From Bacteroidales bacterium (GTDB lineage Bacteria > Bacteroidota > Bacteroidia > Bacteroidales > Prolixibacteraceae): DNA of 64,000 nt. Of the stretch, positions 10,784-20,700 are shown piece by piece. A program made the translations under genes and the position numbers. The notes below the pieces were generated by a model. That model was not told where the DNA came from. It saw nothing but the letters and a program-made list of their open reading frames with translations, and ran no database searches. The stretch covers positions 34,223 to 98,222 of the forward strand of contig JBBRXN010000003.1 in the NCBI GenBank assembly GCA_038248385.1, given 5' to 3'. Within the stretch, counting starts at the first letter, position 1. Each line of letters starts with the position of its first letter.

Positions 10784-11374
10784 TTAAAATTCAACTTTTG
10801 GCGCTTTGTCGGCTCCCTTTTCAGCTTCGAAATAGGCTTTCTTTTCGAATCCGAACATTCCGGCGAAAATATTCTTAGGGAACTGACGGATAAAGGTATT
10901 GTATGCCTGGGCAGTTTCATTGAATTTCATACGTTCAACTGTGATCCTGTTTTCAGTTCCTTCCAACTGGGCCTGCAAATCCAAAAATCCCTGATTCGCT
11001 TTCAGTTCAGGATATTTTTCAACTACCACCATCAGTTTGCTCAAAGCAGAAGACAAACCCGACTGTGCATTCTGAAAATTTTGAAGCGACTGTGCATCTA
11101 ATTTATCAGGATTAATATTCACTGAAGTAGCTTTGGCACGGGCTTCAATCACCTGAGTCAAGGTTTCCTTTTCAAAATCTGCATATCCTTTTACGGTGCT
11201 CACTAAATTGGGAATCAAATCAGAACGGCGCTGATAAACGTTTTCAACCTGCGACCACTGAGCGGTCACTCCTTCCTGCATGGTCACCATGTTGTTGTAT
11301 GAGCTCTTCACCGACGAATAAGCAATCAATAGCATAACGGCAATAACAGCCAGAATAATCCACGTCTTTTTCAT
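10784..11374 (-). CDS. lemA: LemA family protein
   Basis: WSQVENVYQRRSDLIPNLV, YPELKANQGF, LEGTENRI; in operon with two TPM genes. Confidence 0.95.
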   Translation of the reverse strand: MKKTWIILAVIAVMLLIAYSSVKSSYNNMVTMQEGVTAQWSQVENVYQRRSDLIPNLVSTVKGYADFEKETLTQVIEARAKATSVNINPDKLDAQSLQNFQNAQSGLSSALSKLMVVVEKYPELKANQGFLDLQAQLEGTENRITVERMKFNETAQAYNTFIRQFPKNIFAGMFGFEKKAYFEAEKGADKAPKVEF

Positions 11375-11547
11375 TTTATTTACTTTTTAATTTATAATCT
11401 TACAATACTAAATCGAAACAATCAATGATAAATATAAGTTTGACAAATGTTGCAAAACTGCTGCCAAGCTACACCAAATTATCGGGGAATGTCGCAATTT
11501 TGCCGTTATACTCACTTCTTCAAATGGTGAACCACAATTAAACGATT

Positions 11548-13581
11548 ATGAATACACCCGAATTTAAAATAGCCATAAGGGAAGGGATTCCGAACATTTT
11601 GCCCGGGGAAAAATCCTTCAATCTTTCTGTTAATCACGCTCCTAAGCGTAAGGATATACTTAGCAAACCTGAGAAAAAGCTGGCCGTTCAAAATGCGCTC
11701 AGGTATTTTAAACCAGAACATCATGCCACATTGGCACCCGAATTTCTGGAAGAATTAAAGCAATACGGTCGCATTTACATGCACCGGCTTCGTCCTGAAT
11801 ACGAAATGAAAGCTCGTCCGCTGGATGATTATCCTCATAAATCAATACAAGCGGCCTCCATCATGATGATGATTCAGAATAATCTGGACCATGCCGTTGC
11901 CCAACATCCGCACGAACTGATCACTTACGGAGGAAATGGCGCTGTCTTTCAGAACTGGGCGCAATATCGGCTGTGCATGAAATATCTTTCCGAAATGACC
12001 GATGAACAGACGCTCGTGATGTACTCCGGACATCCGATGGGACTTTTCCCCTCGCACAAAGATGCTCCGCGGGTAGTGGTAACCAATGGAATGGTAATTC
12101 CGAATTATTCAGGCCGCGACGATTATGAACGAATGAATGCTTTGGGTGTTTCGCAATACGGACAGATGACAGCAGGTTCGTTTATGTACATCGGGCCGCA
12201 GGGAATTGTACACGGAACCACCATTACCCTTTTGAATGCTGCCCGCATGAATGGAGACGGACAGATTGCAGCGAAAATTTTCGTTTCATCAGGACTTGGA
12301 GGCATGTCGGGAGCCCAACCCAAGGCCGCGGTTATTGCAGGCATCGTAGCTGTTATTGCTGAAATAAATCCGAAAGTGGTTGCGGTTCGCCATCAACAAG
12401 GCTGGGTGGATGAAGTTTTTGAAGATCTTAATAAATTAATTGTCAGGATGATGATTGCAAGCCGGAATAAAGAAGCTATTTCGCTCGCCTACCAAGGCAA
12501 TGTGGTCGATCTTTGGGAAAAATTAGCTGAGGAAAACATCTCGGTCGATATGGGAACTGACCAGACCTCGTTGCACAATCCGTTTGCCGGAGGCTATTAC
12601 CCGGCCGGACTGACATTAGAAGAATCGAACCGGATGATGGCCGAAAACCCAACCCTTTTTCAGGAGAAAGTTTACGAAAGCCTTTGCCGGCAAGTGAATG
12701 CAATCAATCGGCTTTCAGCAAAAGGAATGTATTTCTGGGATTACGGGAATGCCTTTTTACTCGAAGCCAAACGTGCAGGAGCCGAAATAGTCAGGGAAGA
12801 TGGAAGTTTTACTTACCCTTCGTATGTTCAGGATATTATGGGACCTTTGTTTTTCGATTACGGATTCGGGCCTTTCCGCTGGGTTTGCTGCTCCTGCAAT
12901 CCGGCTGATCTTCAGAAAACCGACGAAATTGCACTTCAGATTTTACAAGAAATAGCCAAACAAGCACCTTCAGAAATAAAAACCCAGTTGCAGGATAACA
13001 TTCACTGGATAGCTGAAGCAGGAAAAAACAAACTGGTTGTTGGCTCTCAGGCACGCATACTTTACGCCGATTGTGAAGGACGCACCAAAATTGCGGAAGC
13101 ATTCAATAAAGCAGTCCGTGATGGAATTATAAGCGCACCGATCGTTTTGGGACGCGATCACCACGACGTTTCCGGAACGGATTCGCCCTTCAGGGAAACT
13201 TCCAATATTTACGACGGATCAGCTTTTACCGCCGACATGGCCATTCAGAATGTAATTGGTGATTCGTTTCGTGGCGCAACCTGGGTTTCGGTTCACAATG
13301 GAGGTGGTGTTGGCTGGGGCGAAGTAATCAACGGTGGATTCGGCATGACGATCGATGGTTCTGAAGATGCTGACCGTCGGATCAAACAAATGCTTCACTG
13401 GGATGTCAACAACGGTATTGCACGCCGCAGCTGGGCACGCAACGAACCAGCCATGTTTGCCATTAAACGTGCGATGCAGGAAAATCCGAACCTGATTGTT
13501 ACGTTGCCAAATTTAACGGATGAGAAATTAATTGACGGGTTGTTTAGAAGCCTCATCCCCAACCCATCCTTGGGGGATTAG
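11548..13581 (+). CDS. hutU: Urocanate hydratase (long Bacteroidota type)
   Basis: GQMTAGSFMYIGPQGIVHGT, SSGLGGMSGAQPKA, DQTSLHNP, LGRDHHDVSGTDSPFRETS. Confidence 0.97.
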   Translation: MNTPEFKIAIREGIPNILPGEKSFNLSVNHAPKRKDILSKPEKKLAVQNALRYFKPEHHATLAPEFLEELKQYGRIYMHRLRPEYEMKARPLDDYPHKSIQAASIMMMIQNNLDHAVAQHPHELITYGGNGAVFQNWAQYRLCMKYLSEMTDEQTLVMYSGHPMGLFPSHKDAPRVVVTNGMVIPNYSGRDDYERMNALGVSQYGQMTAGSFMYIGPQGIVHGTTITLLNAARMNGDGQIAAKIFVSSGLGGMSGAQPKAAVIAGIVAVIAEINPKVVAVRHQQGWVDEVFEDLNKLIVRMMIASRNKEAISLAYQGNVVDLWEKLAEENISVDMGTDQTSLHNPFAGGYYPAGLTLEESNRMMAENPTLFQEKVYESLCRQVNAINRLSAKGMYFWDYGNAFLLEAKRAGAEIVREDGSFTYPSYVQDIMGPLFFDYGFGPFRWVCCSCNPADLQKTDEIALQILQEIAKQAPSEIKTQLQDNIHWIAEAGKNKLVVGSQARILYADCEGRTKIAEAFNKAVRDGIISAPIVLGRDHHDVSGTDSPFRETSNIYDGSAFTADMAIQNVIGDSFRGATWVSVHNGGGVGWGEVINGGFGMTIDGSEDADRRIKQMLHWDVNNGIARRSWARNEPAMFAIKRAMQENPNLIVTLPNLTDEKLIDGLFRSLIPNPSLGD

Positions 13582-13963
13582 GTCAAAAACCAGTTCCTGA
13601 ATCAATTTTTGAAGTACAGACCCCACTTAGGAAGTACCCCCCTCCACTTCAAACATGGAATGTTGGACTTCCAAGCCCGAACGTTCCATGTTTTAACCCG
13701 AACGCTCGGGTTCCGAACAGGAAACTTCGACCTCAGAAGTACCCCCTCCCCACTTCAAACACGAAACATCCGGGTTCCGAACCGAAACGTTGTACCTCCG
13801 AACCGGAATGTTGCACCTTTTTGCCCCAAATTTTCGATTCGAAAGTGAATCGTTGGATGTTTGAAGTGGCGTCACTAATCCTATGGCTGAATTCATATTA
13901 CCTTTTTATTGAAATTCAGACCCTCGGAGGAAACAAGTCCCCTTGTGGTATTTAGGGGGCTTC
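13547..13963. mobile_element. MITE/REP-like element with imperfect inverted ends enclosing a ~21-bp tandem array
   Basis: Left GAAGCCTCATCCCCAACCC (13547) and right CCCCTTGTGGTATTTAGGGGGCTTC (to 13963) match the ends of the 58635-58764 element. Confidence 0.55.
13611..13820. repeat. Degenerate ~21-bp tandem repeat (about 10 units)
   Basis: Units such as TAACCCGAACGCTCGGGTTCC, GAACAGGAAACTTCGACCTCA, GAACCGAAACGTTGTACCTCC, GAACCGGAATGTTGCACCTTT; GAAGTACCCC..CCACTTCAAAC recurs at 13631 and 13736. Confidence 0.8.
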
Positions 13964-14287
13964 AAAAAGCATTGAATAAGGCCGTTGGATTTCAGTTTTT
14001 AATTCATCGATTCCAAATGCACGGCTTTTGCGAATTGTTTCGCGACCATCAAAGAAAACAACAACAGTGGGAGCAGTAAAAACACGGCGTTGGGCAGCCA
14101 ATTCAGGCAGTTTATCCGATTCAATAAAAACCATCTTCATCATTGGAAATGAACGGGCGATCATTTCCGATACTTTGGGCTTCAAAACTTTGCAGACGGA
14201 ACAAGATTCGGTGGAGAAATAGGCTAAAACGGATTCATTTTCAGCCAACACATCGGCAAATTCCTCAATAGATTGAATCGATTTCAT
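13952..14287 (-). CDS. Thioredoxin family protein
   Basis: CSVC active site, FTAPTVVVFFDGRE. Confidence 0.9.
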   Translation of the reverse strand: MKSIQSIEEFADVLAENESVLAYFSTESCSVCKVLKPKVSEMIARSFPMMKMVFIESDKLPELAAQRRVFTAPTVVVFFDGRETIRKSRAFGIDELKTEIQRPYSMLFEAP

Positions 14288-14649
14288 CAGTTGTATTGTC
14301 CGGTAGCCAATAAAACCAAGGTGCAGGCAATTTCAGGATATATACCGGCGGCTTTAAGCTTTGCAATAAATTCAGGATTTTCGGTGCCGGGATTAAATAT
14401 CACCCTCCGTGGTTTTAAGCCAATGATATAAGAATAATATTCAGGCTGATTCTGTGGACCGACATACAATGTGACCGTATCGATATTCTCAAACTGTTCT
14501 TTTTCAGTATGAAATGAAACGCCATCAACAGAACCTTTTTTCAATCCCAAAGCTAGCACTTCATGATTGTGCGCCAACAAAGCCCGGATAGCTTTATTCG
14601 AATAACGTTCAGGATTTTCGCTTGCCCCGATTACCAGTGTTTTTTTCAT
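14287..14649 (-). CDS. CoA-binding protein
   Basis: TLVIGASENPERYS, VTLYVGPQNQ, RVIFNPGTEN, ACTLVLL. Confidence 0.93.
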   Translation of the reverse strand: MKKTLVIGASENPERYSNKAIRALLAHNHEVLALGLKKGSVDGVSFHTEKEQFENIDTVTLYVGPQNQPEYYSYIIGLKPRRVIFNPGTENPEFIAKLKAAGIYPEIACTLVLLATGQYN

Positions 14650-14660
14650 ACAACCCTCCG

Positions 14661-14864
14661 TTAAGATATTTCAATCTCATTTTTTACGTTAATCAATTTG
14701 CTGTTTTTTGCATAGCTTTTTTTCCTGACTTCAAAATCCTTTTCTACAAATTCAATTACACTATTGTCAGGTATTTTGTCTGCCAAATCAGGATTTTTAA
14801 TGATTTTACGTATCAAATCGAAAGTCAATCCAATATTTCTGTTCACTGTTTCTTTATTTGTCAT
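14661..14864 (-). CDS. Small hypothetical protein (DUF5647-like)
   Basis: Start moved to MTNKETVNRNIGLTFD (ATG 14864, ATGA overlap with upstream gene); IPDNSVIEFVEKD. Confidence 0.7.
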   Translation of the reverse strand: MTNKETVNRNIGLTFDLIRKIIKNPDLADKIPDNSVIEFVEKDFEVRKKSYAKNSKLINVKNEIEIS

Positions 14865-15181
14865 TTTTTCAATCCTTTTAAATATCGCTGTTTGTAATGC
14901 TCCCATTTATCCTTAATGTCTTGCTCTGCATATATTGTAGCAGAGTTTAAATCTGAAATATCTATAGGAGTTTTGATTTTCTCTCCCTTTGGAGTCATCA
15001 TATCCCGATGGAAAAAACCATGTTCAATATCGTATCTAACTATTGCCGTCCATTTACTGTCAATCAAACTCTCGTATTGAACAACAATGTTAATCAATTC
15101 TCCCTTGTCTATCTTTAAGCGTACTCTTAGTCTGTCATGCCCTTCTCTATCAAGGATCTTAAAAAACTCTTTGTGTTTCAC
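14861..15181 (-). CDS. Small hypothetical protein (DUF7718-like)
   Basis: IVVQYESLIDSKWTAIVRYDIEHGFFHRD motif; own TATATTTG element at 15204-15197. Confidence 0.7.
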   Translation of the reverse strand: MKHKEFFKILDREGHDRLRVRLKIDKGELINIVVQYESLIDSKWTAIVRYDIEHGFFHRDMMTPKGEKIKTPIDISDLNSATIYAEQDIKDKWEHYKQRYLKGLKK

Positions 15182-15380
15182 TTATTTAGATTTTCACAAA
15201 TATACTCATTATTCTATCTACATGGAAGTCAACATTACTCCTTATAAAACAGTCCAGATTATTTCAACCATTTATTTAGCTTTTGTTTGGCCACTTCAAC
15301 AGTATTTATCCGACCTTTTTCTGAATCTATGCCGAATTTTTGTCAAAGCGGCAGAGATTGTAAGAATGATAACGAAATAA

Positions 15381-15863
15381 TTATTTGATCTTTTCCAACA
15401 ATACCACCGCATGAACCGAAATTCCTTCTTCCCGACCTTCAAAGCCCAGTTCTTCGGTGGTGGTAGCCTTGATTGAAACAGCATCCATATCAATCCCCAG
15501 AATTCGGGCGATGGTTTCTTCCATTTCAGGAATAAAAGGTTTGAGTTTGGGTTGTTGGGCAGCAACTGTGACATCGAGGTTCCCGACATGGTAGTTTTTG
15601 GACGCAATTAGTTCATTGGTTCTGGCCAACAAAATTTTGCTGTCAATGTTTTTGTAGTCTGAAGAAGTATCAGGAAAATGCCGCCCAATATCGCCCATTT
15701 TGGCTGCACCCAGCATGGCATCGCACAAGGCATGAATCACCACATCTCCATCAGAATGGGCAACCGTTCCTTTGTTATGAGGAATTAAAACACCGCCCAG
15801 CCACAAGGTTTCACCTTCAGCAAGTCGATGTACATCATATCCGTATCCTATGCGAAAATTCAT
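15381..15863 (-). CDS. ispF: 2-C-methyl-D-erythritol 2,4-cyclodiphosphate synthase
   Basis: RIGYGYDVH, AHSDGDVVIHALCDAMLGA, GDIGRHFPD, KATTTE. Confidence 0.98.
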   Translation of the reverse strand: MNFRIGYGYDVHRLAEGETLWLGGVLIPHNKGTVAHSDGDVVIHALCDAMLGAAKMGDIGRHFPDTSSDYKNIDSKILLARTNELIASKNYHVGNLDVTVAAQQPKLKPFIPEMEETIARILGIDMDAVSIKATTTEELGFEGREEGISVHAVVLLEKIK

Positions 15864-15882
15864 TACGTTTAAATTTTTGATG

Positions 15883-16176
15883 TCAGATGTTAGTTTCTAA
15901 TTTTCTGGCTGAATGATGAATAGTTAATATCCTGATATTATTCTGACTGATTTTCTGATAAATGATTCTATAATTGCCTTCGATAAGTTCCCGAATAGAA
16001 TCTTTCCCTATTTCCTTCACAATTCGCCCGCTATCAGGATGCGTATGGAGTATTCTGGCTTTACTACGAATTCTGTCGAGATGCAATTTTGCATACCTTT
16101 TTGAATCTTTCGAAATTTATTCAGAGATTTCCTTGAGGTCACTTACTGCTTGTATGGTCCAACTTAATCTGACCAC
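15883..16176 (-). pseudogene. RelE/ParE family toxin with premature stop
   Basis: GTG 16176: VVRLSWTIQAVSDLKEISE*ISKDSKRYA...HPDSGRIV...RELIEGNYRIIY...ILTIHHSAR; in-frame TAA at 16119-16117 (codon 20). Confidence 0.88.
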
Positions 16177-16346
16177 CTGGCTATTTCTTTTTCTAAATCT
16201 TCATCAGAAATTACTTGTCCATTTTCCGATTGTTTCAGGCCAATCTCAATTTTCTCAAGCAAGATCATTTCATCAACCAATTCGTCAATCGAAAATTCTT
16301 CGGGAAATCGGTTTATTGTTTTAAGCACTTTTGTTTTTGTCAACAT
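16164..16346 (-). CDS. Putative antitoxin of the RelE/ParE module
   Basis: 60 aa acidic, PEEFSIDELVDEMILLEKIEIGLKQSENGQVIS; overlaps toxin start by 13 nt. Confidence 0.8.
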   Translation of the reverse strand: MLTKTKVLKTINRFPEEFSIDELVDEMILLEKIEIGLKQSENGQVISDEDLEKEIARWSD

Positions 16347-16427
16347 GACTGTACATTTTTTTAACTTCAGAATCTGACCTGTTCGGTTAAGATTGAGCGT
16401 TATTAACCTGATACCTGAACCCTGTTC

Positions 16428-17588
16428 CTATTTTTTTTGTTTGTTAAATGCTTCAAAGTCGAACGATAAGGTAAACCTAAGGGTATTCGCCAGCGGATTA
16501 TTCTGAGCTACAGGCAGAAGATAGGAGAAATCGAGGGCAAAAACGTTCATCTTCAAACCGGCACCTGCTGTAAAGAACTTGCGGTTTCCTTTGGTAACAT
16601 CTTCGTAAAAATAGCCTGCACGCAATGCAAATTGTTTGTTATACCAATATTCAACGCCAACGGAAAAGTTTATTTCTTTAAACTCCTCGGACATGCCGCC
16701 CGGAGCATCAGTAAAAGAGGTAAATATACCGGCAATAGGGGATTTTGTCGAACCTAAACCAGTGATGATATCTACACTGGTAGTATCTGGTGTTGGCACC
16801 AGCAATTTATTGGCATCAAACGCAAATGTAATTGTATTGTACTTATCCATTTCCGTCTTATAGGAAACCCCCAACTTCATGTTGGTTGGAATAAAGTCTT
16901 TTGTTTCACCATCAGTATAGGATATTTTGGCACCAATATTTGAAATATCGATACCGGCTGCAATTGTCGATGTCTTCCTGGAAACCCTGATTTCATTTTG
17001 ATAATAGAATGCCACATCAGCAGCATACGAATTCCCGGCATGTGTTTCAGTACCATTTACCAATTGTCCTCCGGTTAAATCGGAACGTATGTATCGAAGA
17101 GCAACAGCTCCTGAAAAATTATCGGAAAGCAGACGGGTATATCCAAAATCAACAGCAAATTCATTCGGGCTTTGCTGTCCGGTTGGATCACCATATTCGC
17201 TCATAAAAGTAATGTCGCCCAAAGTAAAATAACGCAATGAAGCACTTAAAGTCTGGTTATCATCCAAACGTTTGTAACCAACCAGATAAGCCAGATTGAT
17301 ATCAGATACCAAATTGCGCAACCAGGGAGTATATGACAATGCGACACCCATTTCACTTTCAACAAAGGCATATTTTGCAGGGTTCCAATGCATAGAGTTG
17401 GCATCAGGTGAAGTTGCCACGCCTGCATCTCCCATTGCACCTCCTCGTGAATCGGGGGCAATAGTTAAAAACGGCACACCGGTAGTGATGGTGTTTGCCC
17501 CGGTAGTCGATGTTTTTTGAGCATTTGCATGCTGTGCAAGTATTCCAAGCAACAGGAATACAGTCATTAATAAGTTTATCTTCTTCAT
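16428..17588 (-). CDS. porV: Type IX secretion system outer membrane protein PorV
   Basis: GVPFLTIAPDSRGGAMGDAGVA, SYTPWLRNLV, LANTLRFTLSF; between porU and ispF. Confidence 0.96.
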   Translation of the reverse strand: MKKINLLMTVFLLLGILAQHANAQKTSTTGANTITTGVPFLTIAPDSRGGAMGDAGVATSPDANSMHWNPAKYAFVESEMGVALSYTPWLRNLVSDINLAYLVGYKRLDDNQTLSASLRYFTLGDITFMSEYGDPTGQQSPNEFAVDFGYTRLLSDNFSGAVALRYIRSDLTGGQLVNGTETHAGNSYAADVAFYYQNEIRVSRKTSTIAAGIDISNIGAKISYTDGETKDFIPTNMKLGVSYKTEMDKYNTITFAFDANKLLVPTPDTTSVDIITGLGSTKSPIAGIFTSFTDAPGGMSEEFKEINFSVGVEYWYNKQFALRAGYFYEDVTKGNRKFFTAGAGLKMNVFALDFSYLLPVAQNNPLANTLRFTLSFDFEAFNKQKK

Positions 17589-17615
17589 ATTTAATCAGTC
17601 AAAATTTTGAATTTG

Positions 17616-17645
17616 CAAATATAGAGCTTTGTTGAGCAGTTACAA
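17616..17645 (-). promoter_or_regulatory. Bacteroidota housekeeping promoter for porV
   Basis: TTG (17645-17643), 19-bp spacer, TATATTTG (17623-17616). Confidence 0.6.
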
Positions 17646-17718
17646 CTTGTTTCAACTTAAAAACCTAAACGGACGGTGATCTGAAATAGTATTGGAAGAT
17701 ACCGGGCCTGCAACATTT

Positions 17719-20700
17719 TTAACGATATACATAAACCAGCCTGCCCGATCCTGTACTCACTTTTCCATCAGGCATTTTTACCGACATGCGGTAAATATAT
17801 ACGCCCTGTTTCATCTTTATCATCCTCGATGCCGGAGTCCATTCCAACGGCAGGCTTTCAGTTCCCTGCGAACCTACTGTTGCCTGAAGCATATCTACGC
17901 GTGTTCCTGAAGTCTGAAATACCTCTAATGTAACATCGAAAGTTTCGTCAGGTTGGTTGTGGGTAAAAACAAAACTCGTTTGTTCCTGCATTGGATTGGG
18001 AAAACAAAGTACACTTTCAATCCTGAAATCGTCTTTTACTACAAAATGAATTTCCTTTTCCGAAGAATTATTCAAGACATCCCAAACTTTTATTTTCAGC
18101 ACATGATTGCCTTCAGCTAATTTAGTAAGTGGAAACACAATCGTACCTTCAGTATATTTATCCTTGCTAAACTGAAAATAATCGTTCAACACCATGATAT
18201 TTGTATAATCACCGTCGAGCACTGCGGTAATATCGTGCCCGATGCCGGTTCCCGCAGTATTGATGCCGGTAGCGTCCCTGATGTTGGCGATCAAAACAGA
18301 GCTTGCGCTCACCTTCCCCCCATCCTTAAACGAATTGGAGTTCAGAAACAACTCAATAGTTGGTCCCTGCAAATCAGAAATTGCATTGTTGGTTGTTCCG
18401 CCAACATAAAAACCGTCGAAATATCCCTGGGCATCATTGGTTTCATTGTAAGCGTAATAAATAATTTTTCCCTTGTCGGGCTTGTATGAAATATCTTTGG
18501 GTACAAAAAAGGAAAATTCAAATTCACCGTTTTTCACACTGGCCAATCCGCGATAGATAATATTATTCTGCACAGTATATTCCATTGGTTCGGCTCCGGC
18601 ATTACCCAAAGTTTTTACCTGCATGGCTTTATCATAGACCGTCGGGATAATTTCGCCATTAAATGAAGCAAGTTTTACTCCTTTGTTATCTGCAACAAAA
18701 CCTTTAACATTTACTACCGAAAGCGTCCGAATGGTATCTGTTTGTATTGTTGCATTTTTTCCATTGATACTGGTGGTTTTAACCTGAAATTCCGGATAGG
18801 TAAGCCTAAGTGCAGGATCGGCAAGTAGAGTAAAATTCAACTGATTTTGGCCGGTATTGGCTGCGGCTTTTGCCAAACGCATCACATCGCCCATCCGAAG
18901 ATTGTTTCCTTGCTGATCTTTTTCGAAAACATATTGAAAAAATTTGCTGTTCAGTACATAATTGGCTCCTGAATATACCAGACGTGTTGTTGAAAAGAGA
19001 CCAATACCTCCTCCTCTCGGGTTAAAAAGAATGTGTTCACCTGCCGAAGTTTCATTGGCATCGAAGCGGCTGTATTCGCAGGTTGCAGTAACAAAAATGG
19101 GCAAATGGTTATAATTGATCCACGAATCGATAATTCCCATATCCAGCACCTCTTCATTCGCAAGATTTTTCTCATTGGCATGCCCTGTATAATTCATCAC
19201 CAAGGTGCCTTGTTTCACGCGATTGCTTATTGCAGCAGTCACATCAGGGTACTTTTCTCCTCCTGAAGTTACCAGTTGTTTATATGCATCAAAGTAAATT
19301 TTTTCAGTAAAAAATGAGGGGTAAGTTTTATTTAAAAAATTAGCCATTCGGTCAGCCTGTTCCATGTGGGTGTTGTAATCACCGTCGTCGCCAATAAAAG
19401 TCACTACATTTCTCCAGTTTCCCAATGTTACCGGTAGCCGGTAGTTTTTTATTTTATCGACAACATCCTGAGCGCCAATAAGGGTATTTGCAGGTATCCG
19501 TCCAATTCCCAAATCTATTATTCCTGAATAGACGCCTTCATTTTCATCAAGCATGACAAAAAAATCATCTGTTACAAATGATTCAGTAAGTGAAAGTGAA
19601 TTATCTGACTGGAAAGTTGGAAGAAAATTCAGGTTTTTGTCCAGAATATTACGGTTGTCATACGAACCATCGCCCATCAGTAAAACATATTTCAATGTAT
19701 TCTTTCCTGATTGTTTTCCACGGTCATAGCACATCCTGAAGTAATTACGCAACCCGGCCGGATCAGGCAATCCTCCTGAGAATTCATTATAAATCAGGTC
19801 AGGTGTAACAACCTGAACAGTCATCTGATCGGTAGTCCGGTGAAATTCTGCCAAGTCGTTGGCGGCACTAAGTAATAAAGGATTTGTAACTATAATCATC
19901 TCCGGCGGATCAACTTCATGCAAATTCTGATTGACCACCTCGCCCACCAAATCGGGGACAGGAATGGTCCCTGACGGATTAAAAGCCACATATTCATTGA
20001 TGAGTGATGAATTGGATTTAAATTTCATCAACCCACCTGCATAAGTTGCAGGCATTTCAAAGGTTTGATGAAGATCTGTCACATTCAGAATTTTTATTCC
20101 TGAAGTAGCTCCTGAAATTTGAAACTCCGTAATCTGAGCTGTACCATCAACTCCCCTTTCCCTGAAATAAATTACATCGGTATTCATATTCAGGAGGCTT
20201 TGGTAGTTGATACCAATATAATCGAGCCAGGCTTCGGATAAATTATTTTGGCCATTATAGGTCAATTTCATCTGAATATTTTTTCCTGAAAGGTTTTCCG
20301 AAGTGGTTTTAATCTTTTCTTTGGCATAATCGTATTCAGATTGCAAGTCAAATGGAATATTTACAAGTAATTTCCCATTCAGAGACACATCCATATCACT
20401 TAACATGGAGGATCTGCCGGCAGCTGAAACTTCAAATAAAGCAGGTTTTGTCAAGTCCGGATTATCGAGTGACAAGCTGAGGGTTTGTGAGGCACCCTGC
20501 GCAAATCGTTCCCCAAACCATTGACTTCCGGAGGAAATTAAATTCATTAGTTCCTTTTCATAAAAGGTATAGTTCGGATACGAAACAACCTGACGCCCGG
20601 CACTTCCGGTCAGTTCAACAGCTTTCCCGATCAGAAGCGGGACTCCCTGATCGGACAGGTAAAAATAGGTTTCGACAGAATAAACGTTTTGCTTATGTGA

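Noticed and set aside
13611-13820. Possible CRISPR array
   Set aside because: Units are contiguous and degenerate with no unique spacers; no cas genes
13609-13896. ORFs 13609..13848 (+) and 13693..13896 (-) over the 21-bp array
   Set aside because: Non-ATG starts, repeat phase shifts within the ORF, no recognisable domain; treated as non-coding
15296-15607. 103-aa ORF overlapping ispF
   Set aside because: Alternative frame of ispF
16117-16119. Stop-codon recoding in the ParE toxin
   Set aside because: The codon is TAA, which is not a Sec or Pyl codon, and other genes end normally at TAA
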